Below, piece after piece: positions 52,202 to 64,000 of a stretch of DNA of 64,000 nt. How positions within the stretch are numbered: position 1 is the first letter of the stretch; the number at the start of each line of letters is the position of its first letter. The stretch comes from Magallana gigas (Eukaryota): positions 18,476,001 through 18,540,000 of the forward strand of contig NC_088856.1 of the NCBI RefSeq assembly GCF_963853765.1. The letters run 5' to 3'. The position numbers and the translations under genes were made by a program. The notes below the pieces were generated by a model. The model was not told the origin of the DNA. It was given only the letters and a program-made list of their open reading frames with translations, and searched no databases.

Positions 52202-55200
52202 ATGAAATGTCTATTGAACATTCCAAGAATAAGTTTAAATCATTACATGAAAAGATATTCAGTTCGACAGTTTCGTTCAATTTCTAATGAAGTGAATCAA
52301 CTAAGCGCTGATTTGACCAGAAAATTCCAAAATGTTGGAATCGAGAAAACAGAATCACGTTTATCAGCGGAATTCATTATAGCCCATGTGATGGGCAAAA
52401 AGATGGTAAGCCATCTTGAAATTAATATGTGTGTTTACATTTAAAAATAAGACATTTCATGATGAATTGAATATTAATCCTGATGAAATTCGGTTTTGCT
52501 AGGATATATTTGGACCTGCACCAAAGGAACTTGTTTTAATAAAATTTGACTCTGTAGTATAACAAACACACTATTATTATGATACATAGGGTGGACTTTA
52601 TTACAGAAACAACTTACTGTGCACCTCATGTGAAGGAGTACAGACCCTAAGCCCAAACATCCTACATTATAGTTAACCAGAATGTTGTCGGTGTTAAATT
52701 GTTTATCAATTGCAGTTTTACCAAGTTTCAAAGAGTGCCAAAATTCCTGGAACCCAGCTTAAGGAAATTAAAGAACTGGCTGAGAAACGTTCAGAGAGGT
52801 ATTGAGCAACATTAACTGTTGGAAACCTTGTCTAATGCCCATTTTTCATTTTGTTCATAATGCACAAACACTATTTAATATGATTGTCTTTCTAAGCTAT
52901 TACTGCAAAAGTAAAAAAAATCCTGAATGAATCCTTTAAGATAACTTCATAACATTTTTAAGAATGCCACTCCAGTATGTCCTTGGGGAATGGGACTTCC
53001 ATGAATTTACTGTGAAACTAGCCCCACCTGTTCTTATTCCAAGGCCAGAAACTGAGGTATGGATGTCAGTAATATACTGTAAATTCCTAATTAAACACGA
53101 GGAACTATTATCTGCGTAAAATCGCGAGAAGCATCCTTCGGGATTTTAAAATCTTGCCATTATTTTCTGAAAGTTGAAAATTATAAGAAATAAGGAGAAA
53201 AGTTCATTGTTCGCGATTTTATATTCTCGCAATTTGATACAAACCAGCGGGATCGTGGAATTAAGTAATCGTGCAATATAAGGAATTTACAGTATAAGAG
53301 AATAAACCAAGATAAAGGTTCAATATTGCTAGTCCAACATGCCCTTCTACATGTTTATGCTGTCCTCCTTACCTATTAGAGGATCAGCTTACTCAAATTT
53401 GTATTAAAAAAATACTGGTTTAACTGCAGTAAAATGTCAGAGTTAAAGGGTTAATCCACTAGCTTGTGCTAGTAGGAGTGTGACAGTACTAAGCCTATTA
53501 TATGGTATATCTTTTATACACTCTATCCCCAATCTGATTTAACAGGGAAACATATGTATTCCACAATTAATCATTTATTATTCCAACCTTTCAACTTTTG
53601 ATATAAATGTATTACTAGTATTAATAAACATACTGTTTATTATACCCCCCACAAACGAAGTTTGGAGGGGTATATAGGAATCACCTTGTCCGTCCATCCG
53701 TCCGTCCATCCGTCTGTCCGTCTGTCTGTTCGATTCGTGTCCGGTCCATATCTTTCTTATGGAGAAACATTAGAAGTTCTTACTTCACACAAAGATTGCT
53801 TATGACCTAAGGGTGTGTCATGACCATGAACCAAGGTCATTCGGGCAAGGTCAAGGTCACTGGTAGAAAAAGTGCACAATTCGTGTCCGGTCCATATCTT
53901 TCTCATGGAGAAACATTGAAAGTTTTAACTTCACACAAAGATTGCTTATGACCTAATGGTGTGTCATGACCTTAACCCAAGGTCATTCGGGCAAGGTCAA
54001 GGTCACTGACAGAAAAAATTGCAAAATTCGTGTCCGGTCCATATCTTTTTAATGGACAAACATTGGAAGTTCTTACTTCACACAAAGATTGCTTATGACC
54101 TAAGGGTGTGTCATGACCTTGACCCAAGGTCATTTGGACAAGGTCAAGGTCAATGGCAGAAAAAAGTGTAAAATTCTTGTCCGGTCCATATCTTTCTTAT
54201 GGAGAAACATTGGAAGTTCTCAGTTCACACAAAGATTGCTTATAAGCTAAGGGTTTGTCATGACCTTGACCCAAGGTCATTTGGACAAGGTCAAGGTCAA
54301 TGGCAGAAAAAAGTGTAAAATTCTTGTCCGGTCCATATCTTTCTTATGGAGAAACATTGGAAGTTCTCAGTTCACACAAAGATTGCTTATAAGCTAAGGG
54401 TTTGTCATGACCTTGACCCAAGGTCATTTGGGCAAGGCCAAGGTCACTTGCAGAAAAGTGTAAAACTCATGTCCAGTCCATATCTTTCTAATGGGCAAAT
54501 ATTGGAAGTTCTTAATTCACATCTAGAATGCTTATAACCTGAGAGTATGTCATGACCTTGACCAAAGGTCAATTGAGGAAGTTCAAGGTCATTGTTAAAA
54601 AAAAATCGGGCTCAGTATACCAATAATTCAAAATGTTTATATTAAGTGGCTGCTTGACATGTGGAATTTCGTTTGATTCGAGTCATGTTTGTTAACATAA
54701 GGATGCAAATGTCCTCATGCATTAACAGTTAACTTGAACTAAAATGGAATTTAAAGAATAGAAATTGGTTTGTGTACTCATATAAGCATTAACAGTTTTA
54801 AAAAATAAAGCAGTTGTTATTTATAGAAAATGGACGATGAAATAGATTCATTCAATATTTTCTATAATAAAAAAATACATGAGTTATGATTTTTCTTAGC
54901 GGGGGGGATCAATTGTGAGCTTGCTCACAGTACCTCTAGTTGGACCTACTTTACAGGAGTTGGTTCAGTTTGTTCTAGAAGATATAGGACAAGATGAAAC
55001 TTTCCAGAAGTTCCTAGAAGTTGGCTGTGGATCAGGGGCAGTAACTCTGTGCTTACTTTCCAAACTTCCATGGGTAAAAAAACACCCAAATTTGATTTGT
55101 AATTTTGCACACAATTAACTATTGTTAATAGTTTTAATAGAATTTAATTTTGTAACTTAAAGTAATCTTTAGCTTTCAAAATGTTGTCCTGGATCAACTG

Positions 55201-57272
55201 TGTAGTTTATAACTATATGAATCTTGTATGTACAGATGAAAGCAGTAGCCTGTGATATTAGCAAAGACGCCTGCAACCTGACCATAGAAAATCTCTCCAG
55301 ATATCATGTAGACAAGAGGGCCAGTGTATTGAACAGGGACTTCAAAAGCCCAGGTTTGTCTGTCATTTATTAGCAATATCGGGGATCATGTCATCTCATG
55401 AATGCTGGGAGGCATGATTAGAACATAACTGGTTCAGTGAAATATGATTTTGTGGGTTATAATCACAATAAGACATATTACTCCTGTGTATACAGATGAT
55501 TCAACCGAGTTCATGGTAACATAAATTCATGGGTATTCACAAAATTGATTCTCAATTTATGATTCAGCCTTCAGATGTATTTAATTTGTGTTTCACATGT
55601 GTTTTTATAATGCATGTTATAGTTTTAATTTCATTAACATGTATTTGTTTTATTTCCAATTTTCATAGTCCTTGTTCATCTTCTATATATGTTGATTTTT
55701 TTGAAAAGATAATCATTCTGAGATTACTGGAAAAACAAGAAAGTGATGAATCCCATTATTTTTCCTTTTTGATCTCTTCAGACACTATACAGTTGATTTC
55801 TGAGCATGGTCCATTTGATTTCATCATCAGCAATCCCCCATATATACTTACAGCACACCTAGATGACCTAGATCCTGAGGTCAAAAAGTAGGTCTCTAAA
55901 AGATATATGCTGATCATGAATTTAAATGATATTTAAAAAGAGAAATGATTTTGAAGTTTAAGATACAAGTAAATTATAAGCAACTTGCATAGAAAACTGA
56001 AAAGTATGATTATTTTTTCCTGAGATTCACTGTAACTTGTATATATAAGATCCTTTATCATTAAGGATTACTAAAATTTTAGTCAAACTGAATGTTGAAC
56101 TTGTGTACATGCTTTAGATATGAGGATAGATTGGCACTAGATGGAGGACAGGATGGGTTGGACTTTGTGAGGCATCTGATAGCAGTGTCACCGTTACTAC
56201 TGAAGAAAGAGGGGTAGGTATTAAGTACACTTGTACTTGGATTTGATTGTCACCTGATAAAGCAATCAATTCTAGCGAGAAAAAATCAAGCTACAGGTCT
56301 GTGGCGTCTGGTCTGTAAAAATTTGGATGGACAACCAAAAAATTTGCAATTTATGGTGCACAAAAAAATTGCACTTTTTTGATATTGTTATTTTTATTCT
56401 TAATTTTGATGTTTAAATCTTTATGATACGTGTATATAAAAATAGTATTCATCAAGAAATTCACCCAATTTCATTGTTTTGTTATACAGTGAAAACTTGC
56501 ATTTAGTGAACTACGAGAAAGACAAATAATGTTGATTTTCTGAAAATGTTATTCTTTTAATCCGTTTATAGGCTTATTGATACATTGTAACTTTTTAAAA
56601 ACTAGGTGGAATGAAACTAATTAGCTTCACTGTAAGCTAAAGACTTTATTCCTTGTCAACATATTTGTTGAATACTTTCTTCATTTAGGCCATAAACTGT
56701 TCTTTCGTTGAATTTCATTGAGCACAAGTCTGTTGTCTATATTGTGTGCTTTTTTAAATTAATGCAAGTTAATTGGTGTTTGGTAGTCGTTGTTGTTTTT
56801 TTCTTTGAATGGTACTAGAGCTTCTCAAATTCCTTTGACAATGAGATCGACATCATTATCCATACTGATGATGAAGTCGTTCTCATCTTGTGAAATTCTA
56901 TTGCATCGTCATCCCTTTTGATTCAGAGTAGTGATCTCCATTGATCCCTTTCTGTTTATTTTTTTTTTTTAGAAAACTATGGCTTGAGACAGGATTAGAA
57001 CAACACAATTTGATAGAAAATGCAATCAACAATCACTCTGTTGGTCAATTAAAATATATCAAATCCATGAAGGACTTTACAAACAGGTGAGTGCAAACCC
57101 TTCAGAAAAAAACAAGGCAAATATCAATCTAATTACGTAACCTAAAATATTAAAATGTTATTTAAAATAATGAAAAATATGTTTTTGTCAAGATATATTC
57201 TGGTATCCAATGAATTGCTTTGTTTTTTGTTGTTGTTGTAGAGAGCGGTTCTGTCTCATACAAAAAGTATGA
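52202..57272 (+). CDS. HEMK1: HemK/PrmC-family release factor glutamine methyltransferase, mitochondrial, ~320 aa
   Basis: Exons 52202-52405, 52716-52798, 52963-53056, 54957-55073, 55236-55353, 55782-55887, 56118-56213, 56973-57086 and 57242-57272. Motifs are [33 protein letters not shown] and ALDGGQDG. The N-terminus is basic and transit-peptide-like. Confidence 0.93.
53077..53292. mobile_element. TA-flanked MITE in HEMK1 intron 3
   Basis: TIR ctgtaaattcct/aggaatttacag with TA on both sides. Confidence 0.75.
53636..54941 (+). mobile_element. Second HINE (pearl/CvA-like) with ~147-bp internal tandem repeats
   Basis: 5' subTIR ATACCCCC, a (GTCC/GTCT)n microsatellite, ~6 monomers starting tcgtgtccggtccatatc (53735, 53881, 54028, ~54175, ~54323, ~54469), 3' subTIR GCGGGGGGGAT, hairpin tgtgagc-tt-gctcaca and CTAGTT end. 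Confidence 0.9.
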
Positions 57273-58091
57273 ACGTTTGGCAGCACATGTTAAGAAGAAT
57301 TTTATTTATTAATTGTATGAATACAAGCATTATTTTACATAACAATATAAATGCATTTTCAGTAATACATTACAATGTCAAGTACAAAAATACAATGTAT
57401 GTTTTAAACTTTAAAAAATAATTTTGAAATGTTGTTTTATTAAAACGATAGATGTCCATGTTTATTTATTAATAATTTCATGGTCAACCTATCAGCAATA
57501 AAATGTATTGGTGGAGTATAATAATTGTATACGATATTGTTGATTTCAAATTTGCATGCATACTTTTGTGTTACTTTACTAAAAAAAAAAAGACTGAAAA
57601 ATATTTTTAGGAACTATACATCACTATGTTGTTAAATCCAAATTTATATAATTCAAACCAAAACTTTGATGAACAAAGGTATCAATATCCACAAAAGAGG
57701 TAGACAATTGTAAAAAAAAATGTAAAATGTGAAATGGTGTTAAAATATACCACAAACAGCTTATATATAGACCACATTGATAGAATTGTGGCCCATTGCA
57801 AATCAGTAACGATTGACTATCTTTAGCATCAGTACTATGAGAACTGATTCCAAAATATTGTTATTAAAGGCAAATCTGATTCTGGTTCTCTTTAACTGGT
57901 CCCTGAACGGATATCATGGGTAACACATGGCTTGGAATTTCAGAGACATGGTGTGTTCGCTGTAATAGAAACACATTGTCAGAAGACGGGTATAAAACAG
58001 CACCAACGACTTCCAATGACACAGAAATCTTTTACGACATTCTGGCTTTATTAATCATAATCATTAAACGAGCCTTTAAATTTTCATTTAT

Positions 58092-61000
58092 TCAGTAAGA
58101 AAGCCTTTTCAACGTTGTATACCTTGCCAAAACTGTCATATTCCTGGGTTGAATAAAGAACTGTTGTGGATCTTTGCAGACTCCTTGTGATAGGTATGAC
58201 GCCAGTAACGACTGATTTTTGACCAAGTTTAGAGCACTTGATGTATAAGGCAGTGTGACTGTATGAGTTGTCTTCCCTTTTCAAATAAAAAAATGTGGTA
58301 AATTGAAATAATTAATTTGCTTCATATAATGTACAGAAACACGTTGTTGTTGAAAATGTTAAGTTTGTTAAAGTTTTTCGCAAAAAATAAATCAAAAATA
58401 AATAGAGGGTAAAAAAAAAAAATTAAAGTTTTTTCAACAACAGAGAGAGAGAGAAGTCCATACCTTGAAAAAAGCTGGCCCTTCGTCGTCTGTCGTTCCA
58501 AACGCAAGTATAACCACCATGATTGTTATAACAGGTTGATCTCGCAGGACACAGATCGAAAGCACATTCATCCATGTCACGTTCACACCTTTTCCCGACG
58601 TACCCTGAGTGGCAGTGACAGATATACCCGTATGGTTCTGTAACACACTTTCCGTTATTCAAGCACGGACTGGACGCACAATAGTCGATGATGTCGCATT
58701 TCTTACCTATGTAGCCCCGATTACACATACATTCATATTCCGTATCGTTATTGTGACATATACCCCTACCATTGCACGGATGAACATGGCAGTAGTTGTA
58801 TGACTGGCAGTTTCTTCCTGTCCATTCCTCCGGGCAAGAACAGGAATACGAAGTGTTATGATTTACACAGATGCCATTATTTAAACATGGCATATTATAG
58901 CAATAATCACGGGTTTCACAACGCGAATCTTTCCAACCCTGGAGACATTCACATCTATAATGATCTTTCATATTTCTACATACACCACCATTCAAACAGG
59001 GAGACGAATTGCAATAGTTGAAGTTCTCGCACTTTTCACCATACCATTTGTTCGTGCATTGACATAAAGAAGAATTGTTCGTATTTGTACATGTTCCATT
59101 GTTATGACAATTCGTAAAGGCACAGAAATCTCTCTCTGAACAAGTCAGGCCCCTCCAACCGTATGTACAGTTGCAAAAGAAGCTCGTCCCAGCCTCATAA
59201 CACCGTCCATTATTTTGACAGGGAGAGCTAATACAAGGGTGATACTCGCAAGCGTAGGCTGTGCGTGTGTTGATGCAAACTTCCAGAGGACCACACGGGT
59301 CATTGAAGCAGTAGTCTCTCTGCTGGCAGGTAGATCCAACCCAGTTGTTTGAACAGTTACACCGTGGTCCATTTTGAGTATCAATACACTGACCTCCGTT
59401 TGCACAAACAAAGGTGGTACAGTCTTGGCAGAGATAGCCATTTTCTCTGTTAGTGCACGTGGTATTTTGAGGACACGGATTATTTAAACATTCATTCACG
59501 TCTTTTTCGCAATAAGTGCCGGTCCATTCTTTTCTACATTTACAGTTGTAGGACCCGTATGTATTTAAACAAGTGGCACCATTTTTACAGGGAGAAGACT
59601 TACACTCATTGATATCAGTGTCACAGTGTCGGCCGGTGAATCTCTCGTCACATCTACAGAAGTACGTTTCCTCCAAGTCGACGCAAGTAGCGTTATTTTT
59701 GCATGGCCCAAAAGAACACGATCTCATGTGAGTTTCACAGTGTCTACCAGTCCAAGATGTTTCACAGAGACACGAATAGTTTCCTTGAAGATTCAAACAC
59801 GTACCATGTACGCCACAAGGAAAGTACCTACATTCATCAACATCTTTCTGACACAAATCCCCTTCCCAATTATCCGAACATGAACAGGTGAAGCTGTTTA
59901 TTTTGTCATTGCATGTACCATTATTTTTGCAAGGCTGTGATAGACATTCGTTGATATTTTCCTCGCAATCCAATCCTCGCCAACCGTGCTCACACAGACA
60001 TGTATGATTTCCTATATTATTTATACAGTAGCCATGTCCTTCACACGCATTACTCTTCGAACACTCATTGACGTCTTTTTCACACCGAGATCCCTCCCAT
60101 TCTCTTCTACATCTGCACTCTGCGATTGCTGTAGCATTATGATTTGTGTCATTCTGCCTGTTGAATAAGGCAAGCGGATCTAAAGCACCAGTGTTGTATA
60201 TGATTAAAGGGTGACATGTACCACCATGTTCACAAGTGTAATTTTGACATGGATCTGGTACACCACAGTCCTTTCCCACCCATCCATGTTTGCATTCGCA
60301 GTGATATGTTGAATTTAGTGCCGAACAGTTTCCTTTGTGGCTACATGTAATATTTTCACAAGCATTGATCGAACAGTTTTCTCCTGACCACTGTGGATCA
60401 CAAAGGCAGTGATATGAATCAGGTTTGTTCTGACACGTTCCATGTTCACCACACGGCGAGCTGTAACAATAATCGTATACATTGCAAGACAAACCCAACC
60501 AATTCGGTAAACAGGAACAGTTAAAACCAGACTTGGATTGAGAACAGTTTCCATGGGAATTGCACGGATTGTCTAAGAGACAGACATTTCTATTACTACA
60601 GTTTTGTCCTGTCCAAACCTCTGGGCAATTGCATATATAACCACCAGAATCTGATAAGCAAGTTCCATTGTTTATGCACGGATTCTGAAAACAGTAATCA
60701 ACTTTATTGCATTGATTCCCAACAAAACCTGCATCACATAGACATGTAAAGTTATGGTAGTTGTTTTGACATCGCCCGTGCTGTCCACACGGCCGACCAT
60801 AGCAATAGTCCACTTGAGAGCAATTTTCTCCAATCCATCCATCTTCACATATACAGGCAAACCCGTTATTTGTATTGTTGCATTTGCCATGTACCCCGCA
60901 TGGGTTAAGAAAGCAATGATTTACACTTTCACAGTAAGCGCCAAATAACCCATCTGGACACTCACAGGAATATCCGTCCAAATGTTCTTTACAAATACGA

Positions 61001-62636
61001 GGAGATGAACAGTTATTGTTTTTGCAAAAGTGCGTCACATTGCATAGTTTTCCAAAATGGTCCTTTTCACACATGCAAAAGAAATCCGCAAGTCCAGTGA
61101 AGCATTCCCCGTAATTAGAACAGACAACGTTATGGCAGTAATCAAAACGTTCGCACTCTGAACCAGACCAGTCTTCTTCACAATCACAAAGATATCCCTT
61201 TGAATTATTTTCTAGATAACATTTACCGTGATTGTTGCAAGAAGAAAGGGTACAAATAGGTTTTGTAGTCCACGATGTATCAGAAGTATTATCAGGGAGT
61301 ATGGTTGTCACATTTAAATAAAATCTGAATATTTCACATTCACCTCCGTGATAGCCCCAGTCGCATATACACGTAAAATTATATGGACCGTTGCTACAAA
61401 ACCCGTGTCCACTACAGTTCTGGCTGTGCAAGTAGCAGTGATCACGTGTCTCGCAGTAATTTCCAGTGTAACCTGGAGAACATATGCACGCATAATTCGA
61501 CTTTCCAGTGACACAAGCGGCACCATTTCGACATTGGTGTCGGTAACAATACGTGTGCTCGCAATCATTTCCGGTGTAACCATAACTACAATTGCAAACA
61601 TAATCATCAATTCCATTTATGCAGACACCATTGTCAGAACAATTCCTTTCGAAACAATGATTAATTGTCTCGCAAGTAGTTCCGGAATACTCGGAACTAC
61701 AGTTACAACTTGCTTCTCCAGTTTGATTATTACATGTCCCATGATAATGGCACGTTTCGTTGGTGCAGTTAGAGGCCACCAGGCTCTCGCAGTTTGTACC
61801 AGTTGTAGAATTACCACACACGCATTCATAGCTTCCGATTTTATTGATACATTCCTCTCCATTGCAAGGGTTAAGGAGACATTCATCCTCATCTAACTGA
61901 CATCTCAAACCATAGAAAGATGGTGGACAAGTGCAATGAAAACTTCCAGCAGTGTTTGTACATATGCCGTGGTTACAGAATTTAGGTGTGGCACATTCGT
62001 TTATGTCTTTGTTGCAGTCAGCACCAAACCATCCTGAAATTAGAATTCTTCAGAATTGTTTCGATTTAGCTGTATCAGAACTGTAAAGGAAGAATATTTA
62101 TAATCCATTTAAGATAAATAAACATACATATTGCATAAAATGGTTTAAAACAAGTATTATCAAATAAATCCCCCCTTCCCATTTCATTTTTGTGTGTATT
62201 GTGTGTATTTTTATGTCTATTATCTCAACTCTAAATGTCGGTAGTGTCAAACATGAACTGTTTGTTGAAATTAATAACACTGGATGATCATAAAAATTTG
62301 GAAGTGATTATAACCTGAAATCAATTGTAAGGGTAAAATGTCTACAGATTTGCTATTTTCTGTTTCTATCGCAATTAGGTGACATACTTTTTCTTTGAGT
62401 TTAAAACATTCGTAGGTGTAAGTGAAGACAATTTACGACCATTCAACGCTATTTTTCTATATTGTGACAACTCTTTCAAACTTTTATAAAACCAAATAGT
62501 GTTTTCGTTGAGTTTACCGGTTTTACAATACGTTGTTCCATTGACAACGCATTTTCTTGGATTCCCTGGACAGTGGCCGCTGCAGTCATTGCCATAGTAA
62601 CCCTCAGAACAATAGGCATTGTAAGTCAAAGTAATG
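58092..62636 (-). CDS. DSL-like domain plus ~31 EGF-like repeats (Notch-ligand/fibropellin-like), 5' end not resolved, 3' end uncertain
   Basis: Exon 62518-62636 (YNAYCSEGYYGNDCSGHCPGNPRKCVVNGTTYCKT|G) joins a 3570-nt exon 58464-62033 (WFGADC then EGF repeats, ending NDRRRRASFFQ|G). A probable next exon 58092-58276 is open to a TGA. Several Ca-binding EGF starts are present (DINEC, DVNEC, DMDEC). Confidence 0.85.
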
Positions 62637-64000
62637 CTGTAAAAATTATGTAAATAATCAAGATATTATAATTTAACAGTAATATTGTTATTGTGACATA
62701 CAAGTTAACCATATGCAGCAAAACTTGAATATAATGAACACGGATAAAGCGAATTTACGGCTATAACAATTTCTTATTTATGTCTTGGCAAAGGTCTGGT
62801 AAATTGCCGTAAATAACGAACACGAATATCACGAATTTAAGGCTCTAACAAAGTAATTTTAAGACAGACCCCCGCTGGCAAAATTTCAACGTAGTTTATC
62901 ATGTATAGTTATTAATGTAATATTTTAAATTACAAATTTTATTGAAGATACATGAAAATTTAAATTTATAATAAGAAAATGCTAAATTTAAACAATAATT
63001 ATACAGAATTAATAAAGCCTAAAAACAATCGAAGTGAAAAAGATAAATTGAATTTTTTAAATGGCAATCATATTCAATTTGATTTAATCACTTAAAATTG
63101 TTTAAAGTACTGTCAGCTGCTTATTTCATAATGAATTCTTACGAGTTCGCAATATACGCAAAACTGATTACAGTTATGACGAAGTGTTTTCTATTGTCTA
63201 TTGAAATTCGCTATAAACTAGTTTATTTCGAATGGCTAAAAGTAAGAAAAAATTGAAATCTTTAAAGATATATGAATATTTGAATCTTTGAATTAAATCA
63301 AATTATAAGCGACAGACTATGATGAATCAGACATTATACACTGCAAATATTGTTTTAAAGCAATTTAAGCTGGAATTTTATTAATATAATTTTTTAAAAT
63401 TAGATATCTCGCTAGTTCAATGACCAACACAATTATAGTTTATAAACTTACGTTAGTCACATTTTTGTTGAAAAAGCTACTAAGAGACTCTGATAGGAGC
63501 ATACATCATATGCACAAATTGGTTTGCTGTATTCAGTAAAATCATCATCTTTTTGGGGGGGAGCAATGTTTTTGACTTTCATTAATAACTCTTGCCTACG
63601 AATTAACATGTACATTACCACGAACGTAGATAATAGCATGTAATACATTACCTCGCCACAAACAAGGAACATTTTACCAACTCACGAACATCCCCCCCCC
63701 CCTCCCCCCACCAATATTGAAAATTATTCCACATTATTGAAATGTACAGAAATAATTAGGTTGATCAGATTAAAGAATTTGTTTTTCATTTTTATTGATT
63801 ATCATAAAAATGTATTAAGTTATAGATTATATTAACACGTTTTGACAGAAAAATAAATTTCTGCAAATACAGTTCATATTGCTCTGAATCGCTGAAGTGT
63901 TTGAATAATTAAAACATAAAAATTACTAGACCTAAAATCATTGCTACTGTTGAATTGTGATGTCAGTCTTCGTTGTCTCCAGTTTTGGGAAAGGATATTA

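Noticed and set aside
53735-54600. Regularly spaced repeats resembling a CRISPR array (also 243-420 and 15087-15900)
   Set aside because: Units are contiguous with no unique spacers, there are no cas genes, and the context is eukaryotic satellite DNA.
58609-61896. Many 60-180 aa ORFs overlapping the EGF exon on both strands
   Set aside because: These are shadow frames of a repetitive Cys-rich coding exon with no independent features.
63457-63672. 71-aa minus ORF near a GTAAGT donor at 63450-63451 as an upstream exon of the DSL-EGF gene
   Set aside because: The frame matching the required phase contains a TGA just before the donor, and there is no recognisable domain.

Overview
This is AT-rich eukaryotic genomic DNA, almost certainly an oyster (Crassostrea/Magallana-like), judged from the Cg170-type ~166-bp satellite carried in a Helentron-type element. 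I assembled ten protein-coding genes by hand from splice sites and reading-frame phases. They are CFAP20DC/C3orf67 (-, runs off the left edge), TMA7 (+, absent from the ORF track), a RING-less B-box/NHL TRIM gene (-), MON1 (+, with a GC-AG intron), three uncharacterised small single-pass membrane paralogs with a Tyr-rich ectodomain and PPxY tail (+,+,-), SUMF1 (-), HEMK1 (+), and a DSL plus ~31-EGF protein (-, runs off the right edge). Introns and intergenic DNA are full of non-autonomous transposons: PIF/Harbinger-, hAT- and Tc1/mariner-type MITEs, two satellite-carrying HINEs and palindromic elements. The most interesting points are the three-gene Tyr-rich/PPxY cluster, the apparently TM-less Notch-ligand-like protein with a 3.57-kb exon, five genes whose human orthologs all lie on 3p, and repeated local duplications of splice sites. 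No CRISPR, rRNA or tRNA was seen. All gene models are sequence-only predictions with no RNA data.
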